DNA from: Acidobacteriota bacterium
GTDB taxonomy: Bacteria; Acidobacteriota; UBA6911; RPQK01; JAJDTT01
Direction: 5' to 3'
Assembly: GCA_965263035.1 (NCBI GenBank)
Contig: OZ253580.1
Location: forward strand, 3,200,001-3,264,000
DNA length: 64,000 nucleotides
Shown here: positions 46,911 to 56,757 of the stretch, piece by piece
How the letters are laid out: the number at the start of each line of letters is the position of its first letter
Numbering within the stretch: position 1 is the first letter of the stretch
Translations under genes and position numbers: made by a program
The notes under the pieces: generated by a model
The model's input: the letters and a program-made list of their open reading frames with translations, nothing else
What the model was told of the DNA's origin: nothing
Database searches by the model: none

Positions 46911-49625
46911 TCAGTTCACCGAACTGAACTCGCTGGACGCCAACAACATTTGAGCGTATTTGGGCCAGGGATCTTTTTCTCCCTCCAGATATTCCAGACC
47001 CATGCGGATCTCGTCCGGTTCCGGGGGACGCCCGTACAACAGGCTGTAGGCCCGCCGGATCCGGGCTCGGCCGCCTTGGGGCGACTCTCTGGCCAGGCGC
47101 CTGGCCAGGGCTTCCGCCTGCTCCATGACGAAGGGGCTGTTCAGAAAGAAGAGCCTCTGCATGGGGCCGACGGTGACGGATCGTCGATCGCTGTGGGCAT
47201 TGGGATCGGGAAAATCGAACAGGGCCAGGGTTCGGTCGGGTTGAGTCCGGCTGACGGTGGCGTACAGAGTACGGCGCCGGTGTTTTTCGTCCAGTGGGGC
47301 CGGCGGTCCGCCCGGCTTCCGATCCAGTTTCCCCGACACGGCCAGAATCGTGTCCCGCAAGGCTTCCGCATCCAGCCTCGGGACCGGGTTCATCCGCCAC
47401 AGAAGCCGGTTTTGCGGATCCTTCTCGAAGTTCTCCTGCCGGTGCCGGCTACTCATGGCATAGGTGGACGACAGCATGATCTCCCGGTGGAGCTGTTTGA
47501 CGGACCATCCGCTTCGAATGAAACGCGCCGCCAGATAGTCCAGCAGCCGGGGATGGCTCGCCGGTTCTCCCAATCTTCCCAGATTGCTTGGCGTCGGGAT
47601 GATCCCGCTTCCAAAGTGGTGCTGCCAGATTCGATTGACCATGACTCGCGCGGTCAGGGGATTCCGGGAATCGGCAATGGCTCTCGCCAACTCCAGGCGG
47701 CCACTGCCGCCGCCGAAGTTTTTGGGTGTCCCGTCGCTCACAATGTGGAGGAATCGTCTGGGAGCCACCTCTCCCAGGTTCTTCTTGTCGCCCCGGATGG
47801 CGATTCGGAGATCCTCCGGTTTCTCCTGATCCTGATAGCTGTGGAGAAAGGGATAGGGCTCGGGCCCCGACTCCTCCAGACGCTTCAGCTCGGCACGCAT
47901 CCGGTCCAGGTGACCCTTCCAAACGGGGCTGAGAAAGCGATCGATCTCCAGCCCCTCTTCCGCGCCGTAGTAGAAAACTCCACCCGGGAACCTGAAGCTC
48001 CCTCTGGGATGGGGCTCCGACGCCAAATCTCTCCACAGGTACCACTTCTCCAGGTCAAGGAACTCCAGGTTGGTGAATTGACGGGTGCCCTGGTCGGCAA
48101 CTCCTTTGGCCCCGCCCAACTTCACGTAGTTTCGATCCTCGATGGCCTTCTTCTCGGAGTCGACGGCCAACACCACGTCCTGAAAGCGGCGCGAGAGATC
48201 GTTCACCTTTTGGAGAATTCCTCCCTGGCTCCGCAGCTCTTCCCATTCGCGAAGGTACGGGTGTTCCAGATCCGTTCGCCCAAGATACTTGACCCAGCGC
48301 TCCAGAATCTCCGAGTCCAGATCTACCGACGGCGGCAGTGGGTTCTCCTTCATCACCTTCCAGGCGGCCACCATGTAGTCGGAGGTCCGTCCCATCAGGA
48401 TTTCCGCCAGTTGCTGCGACTGAGACTTGATGAAGGCCTGGATCGCTTCCTTCTGGGCGTTGATCCGCTCCTGGCTCTTCTTGTAGGCCTGGACGATGGA
48501 GTCGGCCACCAAGGGGTGTTCCGCGGCTTTGCTACTGGTGAACACACCCTTCAGGGAATAGAAGTCCTGGGTGGGGATGGGATCGTACTTGTGGTCGTGG
48601 CAGCGGGCGCACCCCACGGTCAGTCCCAGAAAGGTTCGGGCCGTCACGTCCACCAGATCGTCCAGGTTGGGAGCGACGACGAGGAAGCCCAGGCCCGCAA
48701 GCAATTCCTCCCGGACTTCGGGCGGCAGTTGATCGGCCGCCACCTGGGCCAGGACGAATTGATCGTAGGGCAGATCCCGGTTGAAAGCCTCGACCACCCA
48801 ATCCCGATAGCGGAAGGCGTTGGGATAGGGAGTGTCTGTCCGGGCTCCCAATCTGCCGTCGGAATACCGGGCGAGGTCCAGCCAGTGCCGGCCCCAACGC
48901 TCGCCGTAGTGACGGGAGCCGAGGAGTCGCTCCACGACCCGGGAGAATGCGTTCGGGGAGGTGTCGCCGACGAAGGCCTCCACCTCTTCGGGCGTGGGCG
49001 GAAGTCCGATCAGGTCGAAGCTGGCTCTCCGGATGAGCGTTCGCCTGTCGGCGGCCCCGACGGGAGCCAGACCCTCTTTTTCCAGTCTGTCCAGGACGAA
49101 ATAATCGATGGGGCTTCGAGGCCGGGAGGTGGAGGTCACCGGGGGAGGATTCGTCACCTGAAGCGGCCGGAGCGACCAGAAGGCACGCTGTTCGGGGGTA
49201 ACGGTGTAAGTGGCGGCCGGCGCCGAGGCGATCAGCTTGTCTCCGGTATCCGGCCAGACCGCTCCGGCGTCGATCCAACTGCGTAGATCCTCGACCTTCT
49301 GGTCGCTGAGTTTCCCCTGGGGCGGCATCTGCAGCTGCTCATGGGTGTGGGAGACGACCCGGATCAGAAGACTGGCGGCGGAGTTCCCCGGTCGGATGGC
49401 GGGGCCTGAACTCCCTCCGCGAACCAGTTCCTCCCGCGAATCCAGTCGAAGATCTCCCTTTCGGGCGCTGGTGTGACAGGCGTAACAGTTTTCGGCCAAC
49501 AGGGGCCGAATGCGCAGCTCGAAGTATTCGGCGGCGACCGGATCGGAGCCGCACAAAGGCAGAGCCGAAGCCAGCCAGGTTCCGATCGCCAGTAAGACCC
49601 GAATGATCATGGGTTTGAATGCCAA
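46911..49625 (-). CDS. Planctomycete cytochrome c / DUF1549 / DUF1553 (PSD1) protein
   Basis: CYACH, YGERWGRHWLDLARY, CARCHDHKYDP, NPLTARVMVNRIWQHHFG, HPRLLDYLA. Start may be ATG 49610. Confidence 0.92.
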   Translation of the reverse strand: MAFKPMIIRVLLAIGTWLASALPLCGSDPVAAEYFELRIRPLLAENCYACHTSARKGDLRLDSREELVRGGSSGPAIRPGNSAASLLIRVVSHTHEQLQMPPQGKLSDQKVEDLRSWIDAGAVWPDTGDKLIASAPAATYTVTPEQRAFWSLRPLQVTNPPPVTSTSRPRSPIDYFVLDRLEKEGLAPVGAADRRTLIRRASFDLIGLPPTPEEVEAFVGDTSPNAFSRVVERLLGSRHYGERWGRHWLDLARYSDGRLGARTDTPYPNAFRYRDWVVEAFNRDLPYDQFVLAQVAADQLPPEVREELLAGLGFLVVAPNLDDLVDVTARTFLGLTVGCARCHDHKYDPIPTQDFYSLKGVFTSSKAAEHPLVADSIVQAYKKSQERINAQKEAIQAFIKSQSQQLAEILMGRTSDYMVAAWKVMKENPLPPSVDLDSEILERWVKYLGRTDLEHPYLREWEELRSQGGILQKVNDLSRRFQDVVLAVDSEKKAIEDRNYVKLGGAKGVADQGTRQFTNLEFLDLEKWYLWRDLASEPHPRGSFRFPGGVFYYGAEEGLEIDRFLSPVWKGHLDRMRAELKRLEESGPEPYPFLHSYQDQEKPEDLRIAIRGDKKNLGEVAPRRFLHIVSDGTPKNFGGGSGRLELARAIADSRNPLTARVMVNRIWQHHFGSGIIPTPSNLGRLGEPASHPRLLDYLAARFIRSGWSVKQLHREIMLSSTYAMSSRHRQENFEKDPQNRLLWRMNPVPRLDAEALRDTILAVSGKLDRKPGGPPAPLDEKHRRRTLYATVSRTQPDRTLALFDFPDPNAHSDRRSVTVGPMQRLFFLNSPFVMEQAEALARRLARESPQGGRARIRRAYSLLYGRPPEPDEIRMGLEYLEGEKDPWPKYAQMLLASSEFSSVN

Positions 49626-49733
49626 ATTACCAGTGCCCTGGAGAACCTGTCAACGGGCGGCGAGGAGTGAGAAACGGCAGGATGGCAGGTTCGGGAACGA
49701 CCTCCGGAGTCGTCCGCGTCCACTACGGCCGGG

Positions 49734-50651
49734 TCAGACCGCTGCGGTGATCCGGAGCTTGGGAACGTTCACCATCACCTTGGACCCGGGAGGAACGCTG
49801 GAGATGATCCAGACGTTTCCACCGATGATGGAGTCTCGACCGATGACCGTGTTGCCTCCGAGAATGGTGGCCCCGGAATAGATCACCACGTTGTCCTCAA
49901 TGGTGGGATGGCGCTTCTTCCCGCGGGCTGCGGCGGCCCCTTCGGGAAAGCTCAGCGCCCCCAGCGTCACACCCTGGTAGAGCTTGACGTTATTTCCGAT
50001 CTCGGTGGTCTCGCCGATGACGACGCCGGTGCCGTGATCGATGAAGAAGCGGCGGCCGATGAGAGCGCCGGGGTGGATGTCGATACCCGTTTCGAGGTGG
50101 GCATACTCGGTCATGATCCTGGGAATCAACGGTACGTTGAACCGGGTCAGCTCGTGGGCGACCCGGTAGACGCTGATGGCCTTCATGGCGGGATAGCTGA
50201 GAATGATCTCGTGGGTGCTCCTGGCCGCCGGATCGCCGTCCATGGCAGCCTCCAGGTCCAGTCCCAGGAGACGCCGGAGCCGCGGCAGCAGCTGGAGGAA
50301 CCTCAGGCAGAGTTCTTCCGCACGCTCCTCGCTTCCGGCCGACTCGGCCCCGGATTCCAGGCGCAGCGCCTTGCGGATCTCCTGTGAAAGCCGACGGTAC
50401 ACCACGTCCACCAATTCGCCGAGGTACTGCTCCACACCACGTTCGGTGACCGAAACGTGCCCGAAGTAGCCGGGGAAGAGGATCATTCGAATCTTTCCCA
50501 GGACCTCCACCACCACCCGTTCGTTGGGGAAGGGCGTCTCCCCCAAGTGCTGGAGCTTCAGACTGTTGTCCCGGTAGGTGCCGGCGACCTCTTCGACGAT
50601 CTTGGAAAGGGAGTGGCCACCTGGGGTGGTGGCGACGAATTTGGAACCCAT
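49734..50651 (-). CDS. cysE: Serine O-acetyltransferase (EpsC/CysE)
   Basis: [39 protein letters not shown]. Confidence 0.92.
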   Translation of the reverse strand: MGSKFVATTPGGHSLSKIVEEVAGTYRDNSLKLQHLGETPFPNERVVVEVLGKIRMILFPGYFGHVSVTERGVEQYLGELVDVVYRRLSQEIRKALRLESGAESAGSEERAEELCLRFLQLLPRLRRLLGLDLEAAMDGDPAARSTHEIILSYPAMKAISVYRVAHELTRFNVPLIPRIMTEYAHLETGIDIHPGALIGRRFFIDHGTGVVIGETTEIGNNVKLYQGVTLGALSFPEGAAAARGKKRHPTIEDNVVIYSGATILGGNTVIGRDSIIGGNVWIISSVPPGSKVMVNVPKLRITAAV

Positions 50652-50810
50652 GACCCTGAATCCTCGCCGACAGTCTACTACGGCCTCGCGATCGCTGTCA
50701 GGATGTGGTCTCAGCTCGGGCCAACCGCGGTCAGGAGTGGCCGGTCCGGAGCCGCAGCGGCAGCAGCCTTCGTCTTGTCAGGTTGGAGGGGCCGGACTAT
50801 GATCCGTTCC

Positions 50811-51977
50811 ATGTCCGAATTCGGTTCGCCGCCACCGCCCTTGACGGAATTGTCTGAAGCGGAATTGCTGTTTCGAGAAGCCGTCTCCGACTTCGCCCAG
50901 AGTGAGGTCCGGCCACTGGCCGCCGCCATGGATCGAGACGGAGCCTTCCGGCCTGAACTCCTGCGACAGTTCTTCCAACTGGACCTTATGGGAATCGAGA
51001 TCCCCGTGTCCCTGGGTGGAGCCGGCGCCAGTTTCTTCATGTCCATTCTGGCGGTGGAGGAGCTGAGCCGGGCGGATGCCTCGGCCGGAGTCGTCGTGGA
51101 CGTCCAGAACACCCTGGTCAACAATGCTCTCCTGCGATGGGGAACGCGGTCCCAAAAGGAGCGGTATCTGCCCCGCATGGCCTCGCGGTGGGTGGGGGCC
51201 TATGCCCTTTCGGAGGCAACCTCGGGCAGCGACGCCTTTACCATGGCCGCCCGGGCCTCCAGGCAGGGCGACCGGTACGTTCTCAATGGCCATAAGCTGT
51301 GGACCACGAATGCGGCGGAAGCCGATCTCTTCATCGTCTTCGCCAACGCGGCTCCCGAGAAGAGGTACAAGGGCATCACCGCCTTCCTGGTGGAGCGGGA
51401 ATTTTCCGGATTCCGCGTCGGAAAGAAAGAGGACAAGTTGGGCATTCGCGCTTCGTCCACCTGCGAGCTGATCCTGGAGGATTGCGCCGTGCCCGCGGAA
51501 AACGTGCTGGGAAAAGAGGGTGTCGGCTACAAGGTCGCCATCGAGACTCTGAATGAAGGCAGGATCGGAATCGGCGCCCAGATGATCGGCTTGGCCCGGG
51601 GCGCCCTGGACCATGCCGTGGCCTACTGTCGAGAGCGGGAGGCGTTCGGCAAGCCCATCGGACACTTCCAGGGGGTCCAGTTCTCGGTGGCGGAAATGGA
51701 GACGGAATTGGAGGCGGCGAGACTCCTGGTCTACAACGCGGCACGTTTGAAGGACGCGGGCAAGGCTTTCCTGAAGGAAGCGGCAATGGCCAAATACTTC
51801 AGCTCCAGGGTCGCCGAGAAGATCACGTCCCGGGCGATCGAGATTTTCGGAGGCTATGGCTACTCGCGGGATTATCCGGTGGAGAAGTATTTTCGGGACT
51901 CCAAGATCGGGTCCATCTACGAGGGCACGACCCACATGCAGCTTGCCACCATCGCCAAGCAGGTCCTCAACCCGTAG
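50811..51977 (+). CDS. Acyl-CoA dehydrogenase (short/branched-chain-like)
   Basis: LMGIEIP, DVQNTLVN, ALSE..SGSDA, KLGIRASST, GRIGIGAQM, KIGSIYEGT. Confidence 0.93.
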   Translation: MSEFGSPPPPLTELSEAELLFREAVSDFAQSEVRPLAAAMDRDGAFRPELLRQFFQLDLMGIEIPVSLGGAGASFFMSILAVEELSRADASAGVVVDVQNTLVNNALLRWGTRSQKERYLPRMASRWVGAYALSEATSGSDAFTMAARASRQGDRYVLNGHKLWTTNAAEADLFIVFANAAPEKRYKGITAFLVEREFSGFRVGKKEDKLGIRASSTCELILEDCAVPAENVLGKEGVGYKVAIETLNEGRIGIGAQMIGLARGALDHAVAYCREREAFGKPIGHFQGVQFSVAEMETELEAARLLVYNAARLKDAGKAFLKEAAMAKYFSSRVAEKITSRAIEIFGGYGYSRDYPVEKYFRDSKIGSIYEGTTHMQLATIAKQVLNP

Positions 51978-52007
51978 CGCCGCCGCCCCGGACTAGTCGT
52001 CATTTCC

Positions 52008-53099
52008 ATGGAAAAGCTGGAACTACCGGTTCCTCTAGCCATTTTCTGCCGGGATCTGCTGCGCTGGTACCAGCGGCACCGGCGGGATCTTCCCTGGCGC
52101 CGCCGGCTCGAGCCCTACTCGGTCCTTTTGGCCGAAGTGATGCTCCAACAGACCCAGGTGAAGACCGTAGTTCCTTACTATCAGAGGTTCCTGAAGCGCT
52201 ATCCCACGCTGGAAGATCTGGCCGAAAGCGACGAGGAGGAAGTCCTTTCCCTCTGGTCCGGACTGGGATACTACCGCCGGGCCCGAAATCTCCGCCGGGC
52301 GGCGCAGCAGATCCGCGACTGCCATGGCGGAGTGTTTCCTCGGACTTACGAGGAGATCATCCAGTTGCCTGGAGTCGGCCGGTACACGGCCGGAGCCGTC
52401 CTTTCCATCGCTTACGGACAGCCCCTGCCCATCCTGGACGGCAACATCCGAAGGCTCTTCGCCCGCTACCTCAAAATGGACGGTGTCTCCTCTGGAGACG
52501 ATTCCCCGCCGCTGTGGGACCTTCTGACCCGCATCAGCCGCTTTGCAGCGGCCCGGAAGGAAGTGTCCGATCTGAACCAGGCCCTCATGGAACTGGGTGC
52601 CCTGGTCTGCACGCCGCGTTCGCCGAGTTGCGGGCGTTGTCCGCTGGAGGGGAGTTGTCTTGGATTAGGGGCCGGAGTGCAGGAGAAGCTGCCTCTTCCC
52701 CGCGCCCGCCGTGCTGTGAAGCGGCTGAGCTACGCGGTGGCGGTGGTCTGTCTCCGGGACCGATTCCTTTTGGTCCGGAACCAGGACAGTGAATTCCTGG
52801 AGGGGATGTGGGAGTTTCCCCGGATCCCGGTCAAGGACCGGGACTTGAGGGCCGAAGTGCTGGAGGAGGCCTTCCATCGGAAGCTCGGCTTGTCGGTTAC
52901 CATATGCGGCTTACTGAAGCCGGTTCGTCATCAGATCACTTTCCGGCGGCTCACCCTTCATCCGGCTGTGGGCACGCTCCGGACGGGCACGCCTCCGTCC
53001 GGTCTGGTTTGGGCCGATCCTGGCGGTGAGCGCTCCGTTCCGATCTCCTCGTACGTGGCCAAGATCGCAAGGCTATACCGCCGGGAACACGAGTTGTGA
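52008..53099 (+). CDS. mutY: A/G-specific adenine glycosylase
   Basis: RDLPWR, EVMLQQT, WSGLGYY.RA, LPGVGRYTAGA, DGN, CX6CX2CX5C. Confidence 0.95.
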   Translation: MEKLELPVPLAIFCRDLLRWYQRHRRDLPWRRRLEPYSVLLAEVMLQQTQVKTVVPYYQRFLKRYPTLEDLAESDEEEVLSLWSGLGYYRRARNLRRAAQQIRDCHGGVFPRTYEEIIQLPGVGRYTAGAVLSIAYGQPLPILDGNIRRLFARYLKMDGVSSGDDSPPLWDLLTRISRFAAARKEVSDLNQALMELGALVCTPRSPSCGRCPLEGSCLGLGAGVQEKLPLPRARRAVKRLSYAVAVVCLRDRFLLVRNQDSEFLEGMWEFPRIPVKDRDLRAEVLEEAFHRKLGLSVTICGLLKPVRHQITFRRLTLHPAVGTLRTGTPPSGLVWADPGGERSVPISSYVAKIARLYRREHEL

Positions 53100-53136
53100 C
53101 CCCGGGGAGAACCTTCTCGTGCGTCCTCGAGCACGC

Positions 53137-55290
53137 TCAGTTCAGGCCGCGGCGGACCAGCAACGAGGCCGCGTCCGGTTCGCGGCCCCGGAAGGCCCGG
53201 TAGAGAGGCATGGCCTCCCGGCTGCCTCCTTTCGACAGGATCATCCGGCGGAAGCGATCTCCGTTCTCCCGTGTCAACCCACCGTTCTCCTTGAACCATT
53301 CCACGGTATCGGCGTCCAGCACCTCGCTCCAGATGTACGAGTAGTATCCGGCCGAGTAGCCGCCGCTCCAGATGTGCGAAAAGTAGGTACTGCGGTAACG
53401 TGGAGGCACCGTATCGAGCGCGACACCGGCCTCGGCCAGTACGGCCTCCTCGAAATCGGTCACACTCTCGACGTTGGGTGCTTCCTCGGCCGTCAGTTGG
53501 TGCCACGCCTGGTCCAGCAGAGCGGCGGCCAGATACTCGGTCGTGGCGAATCCCTGGTTGAATCTCTCGGCGGCCAACATCTTTTCCACCAGTTCCATGG
53601 GCATCGACTCCCCCGTCTGGTGATGGACGGCGTAGTTTTTCACCACCTCCGGCCACGTGGCCCACATTTCGTTGATCTGGGAGGGGAATTCGACGAAGTC
53701 GCGAGGCACGGAGGTTCCGGAGAAATAGGGGTAGCGCACCGAGGAGAAGATGGCGTGGAGGGCGTGGCCGAACTCGTGAAACAGCGTCTCCACCTCGTCG
53801 AAGGTCAGCAGTGTCGGCTCCCCGGCGGGTGGCTTCGGGACGTTCATGTAGTTAGCGGCCACCGGCCTGGTCCCCAGCAGTTCCGACTGGGAAACGAACG
53901 AACTCATCCAGGCGCCGCCCTGCTTGGAGGGACGGGCATAGAGGTCGACCAGAAAGAGCGCAAGCGGCTCGGCACCGGCGTCGAGCACGTCGAACACCCG
54001 CACGTCCGGGTGATGTGTGGGTAGCTCGGTTCTCTCCCGAAGGCTCATCCCGTAAAGCCGGTTCGCCGCGTAGAAAACGCCCTTTTGCAAGACGTTGTCG
54101 ATCTCGAAGTAGGGTCGAAGCTGAGCTGTGTCAAAGGCGTATCGCTCCCTGCGAACCTTCTCCGCGTAATAGGCCCAATCCCATGCGGCCAGCGGATGGC
54201 TTTCGCCGCCGCCGTCGATCATGGCCTGCAACTCCCGAGCCTCCCGCGAAGCGTTGGCGGCCGCTGCCGCCGCCAGTTTGGAGAGGAACCGGTTGACCGC
54301 CTCGACGGTCTTCGCCGTCTGCCGTTCCAGGCTGTAGGCGGCATGGTTGGGATAGCCGAGGAGCACCGCCCGTTCCGCCCGAAGCTTGGCGGAGCGGGCC
54401 ACGATGCCTCGATTGTCGAACTCGCCGCCCCGGCTGCCGCGGGCCTGAGACGCCTCCATGATCCGTTTCCGCATCGCGCGATCCCGTATCCACGTCAAGG
54501 GCGGCTGACCACTGGTGTTCCGGAGCGCAACCAGGAACTTCCCCTTCAGGTCGCGGGCCGCCGCCGCATCTGCCGCCGCTTCGATTTCGTTCTCCGAGAG
54601 TCCATCCAGTTGTTCGCGTGAGGGGACGACGACGGCCGACTCGTTGACTTCAGAAAGCACGTTCTGGCTGAAACGCGTATCCAATTCGGCCAGTTCGACG
54701 TTGATCTGCTGGAGTCGTGCCTTGTCGGAGTCCGAGAGCCGCGCTCCCGCGCGTACGAAGTCGATGTAATACTCCTCGATCAGCCGCCGCGACTCGTCAT
54801 CGATATCCAGCGTCCGCCGCCGGCCGTACAAGTCCCGGACCCGCTCGAACAGCTTGAGGTTCAGCAATATGCGGTCTCTGTGGGCGGAAAGCTTCGGAGC
54901 CATCTCGCTCCGGATCTCCTCCAGCTTGTCGTTGGTGTGGGCGGCCACCAGATTGAAGAAGACACTTCTGACTCGTCTGAGCATCCGGCCGGAACGCTCG
55001 AGTTCAACCAAAGTGTTTTCGAAGCTGGGAGGCTCCGTCTGGTTGGCGATGGCATTCGCCTGATCCAGGTGCCGGGCCATTCCCTGCTCGAAGGCGGGCC
55101 GGTAGTCTTCCTCGTCGATTCGATCGAACTGTGGGTATTCGAAGGGTAATGGACTCTCGGTGAAGAAGGGGTTCTCATCCATGGCAATCGTAGTCTCGTC
55201 CTTGGTCATTTCGGGTTCCGAACGCGAGCACGAGGTGAGCAGCACCACCAGCGCCGCGGCAATTCCAACCTGGAATCTTCCCAGCCCCAT
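53137..55290 (-). CDS. dcp: M3 family peptidyl-dipeptidase Dcp, lipoprotein-like N-terminus
   Basis: FHEFGHALH, RDFVEFPSQ, PRYRSTYFSH, GYSAGYYSY.W; LTSC lipobox. Confidence 0.92.
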   Translation of the reverse strand: MGLGRFQVGIAAALVVLLTSCSRSEPEMTKDETTIAMDENPFFTESPLPFEYPQFDRIDEEDYRPAFEQGMARHLDQANAIANQTEPPSFENTLVELERSGRMLRRVRSVFFNLVAAHTNDKLEEIRSEMAPKLSAHRDRILLNLKLFERVRDLYGRRRTLDIDDESRRLIEEYYIDFVRAGARLSDSDKARLQQINVELAELDTRFSQNVLSEVNESAVVVPSREQLDGLSENEIEAAADAAAARDLKGKFLVALRNTSGQPPLTWIRDRAMRKRIMEASQARGSRGGEFDNRGIVARSAKLRAERAVLLGYPNHAAYSLERQTAKTVEAVNRFLSKLAAAAAANASREARELQAMIDGGGESHPLAAWDWAYYAEKVRRERYAFDTAQLRPYFEIDNVLQKGVFYAANRLYGMSLRERTELPTHHPDVRVFDVLDAGAEPLALFLVDLYARPSKQGGAWMSSFVSQSELLGTRPVAANYMNVPKPPAGEPTLLTFDEVETLFHEFGHALHAIFSSVRYPYFSGTSVPRDFVEFPSQINEMWATWPEVVKNYAVHHQTGESMPMELVEKMLAAERFNQGFATTEYLAAALLDQAWHQLTAEEAPNVESVTDFEEAVLAEAGVALDTVPPRYRSTYFSHIWSGGYSAGYYSYIWSEVLDADTVEWFKENGGLTRENGDRFRRMILSKGGSREAMPLYRAFRGREPDAASLLVRRGLN

Positions 55291-55377
55291 CACGGTAATG
55301 CTACCGCAGTGTTGATCCTGGGTTCACCAAAGGAAGCCGAGAGCGAAGCTGAAGAACCCTTGGGTCAGGAACGGGAC

Positions 55378-55455
55378 AATTGTATTATCATTCTTATTAA
55401 GAACGAAATAATAGGATATTCATTTATACTAGAAATGAATATCCTGTATTATCGT
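55378..55455. promoter_or_regulatory. AT-rich promoter/operator block with a 13-bp perfect inverted repeat
   Basis: aggatattcattt (55413-55425) / aaatgaatatcct (55433-55445); TATTAT at 55447-55452. Confidence 0.6.
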
Positions 55456-55460
55456 GTTCC

Positions 55461-56696
55461 ATGCGAACGAAAAGACAGAGATTCCGGTGGCTCACCACTC
55501 GGCTGCCAGCTGGGGACAAGCGCCGTCTGGTGGTTCTGACCGGAGCGCGCCAAACTGGAAAAACGACTCTGGCCCGGTATCTTTACAGCGACCTGCGGTA
55601 TTTGAACCTGGACGCGATCGAGGAACGGGAGGCGGTGCGCGCCTTACGCAGCGGCAGTTGGGGCCGCGTTGTTGGCGCAGCCGTGATCGATGAGGCGCAA
55701 AAGGAACCCGGCGTCTTCGACAAGGTGAAACTGGCATACGATGAGGGACATCTGTCGTTCTCGGTCCTGCTGGGCTCGTCCCGCATCCGGGAGTCGCTGG
55801 CCGGCCGGGCGTTCGTTTACGATCTATGGCCGCTCACTGCCTCGGAAGTGCGGTTCGCCTTCGACGTCACTCCGCCCCGTCCGCTGTTCGATCGGCTCAT
55901 CACTGGTCCGGAATCGTTCTCGGAGATCCTGGGCGAAGAACCGCCGCGGCTGCTGGGTGACGAAGCGACGTCACGCTTTGAGGCAATCGACCATCTCAGT
56001 GCCTGGGGCGGGATGCCCGAGCTCCTGTCGCTGGACGACGATGATAGGCGCGAATGGCTGCGCTCCTACCAGCAGACGTGGCTCGAGCGTGATCTCGCCG
56101 ACTTGACCCGCGTGTCCGATCTGCTGCCCTTTCGTGCCCTGCAGAGGCTGGCCATGCTCCGCACCGGCCAACTTCTCAACTATGCAAAGTTGGGTCGCGA
56201 CGCTGCCGTCAGCGCCGCCACGGCCCGCCGTTACCTGGAGTACCTGCGTCTGTCTTACCAAGTCGAGCTGCTGCAGCCGTATGCCCGCAACCTCACCAGC
56301 TCGACGGTGAAAAGCCCCAAGCTCTACTGGATGGACCTGGGTCTGCTGCGCCAGGGGACCGGTTTCTGGGGTGAGATCACTGGACCCCTGTTCGAGACAC
56401 TGGTCGTATCCGAGGCGCGCAAGTGGATCGACACCCTCGGGCGTGACGCGATGCTGTGGTTCTACCGCACGCGCTCGGGGCGAGAAGTCGATCTGCTGGT
56501 CACGACCGCCGCCGGCGTCATCGGTGTCGAGGTGAAAAACCGCACCCGGGTTGGGAGGGTCGACTGCTCCGGCCTGCGCGTGTTGCGAAAGGCGTTGGGA
56601 CACGAGTGGATCGGCGGTCTGGTCGTCCACCGCGGGGAGGATCTGGTGGAGTTGGAACCGAGCCTTTGGGCGATCCCGGTCCACAGGCTCTTCTGA
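55461..56696 (+). CDS. AAA_14 + DUF4143 ATP-binding protein
   Basis: GARQTGKTT, IDEAQ, LGSS, ESLAGR, GGMPE, KSPKLYWMDLG, FETLV, EVDLL..VEVK. Confidence 0.92.
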   Translation: MRTKRQRFRWLTTRLPAGDKRRLVVLTGARQTGKTTLARYLYSDLRYLNLDAIEEREAVRALRSGSWGRVVGAAVIDEAQKEPGVFDKVKLAYDEGHLSFSVLLGSSRIRESLAGRAFVYDLWPLTASEVRFAFDVTPPRPLFDRLITGPESFSEILGEEPPRLLGDEATSRFEAIDHLSAWGGMPELLSLDDDDRREWLRSYQQTWLERDLADLTRVSDLLPFRALQRLAMLRTGQLLNYAKLGRDAAVSAATARRYLEYLRLSYQVELLQPYARNLTSSTVKSPKLYWMDLGLLRQGTGFWGEITGPLFETLVVSEARKWIDTLGRDAMLWFYRTRSGREVDLLVTTAAGVIGVEVKNRTRVGRVDCSGLRVLRKALGHEWIGGLVVHRGEDLVELEPSLWAIPVHRLF

Positions 56697-56757
56697 ATCG
56701 TGGCGCCGTCGAGATCTCCCGGAATCGGCCCCCCATTTTCGGACCAACGGTTGAAGC

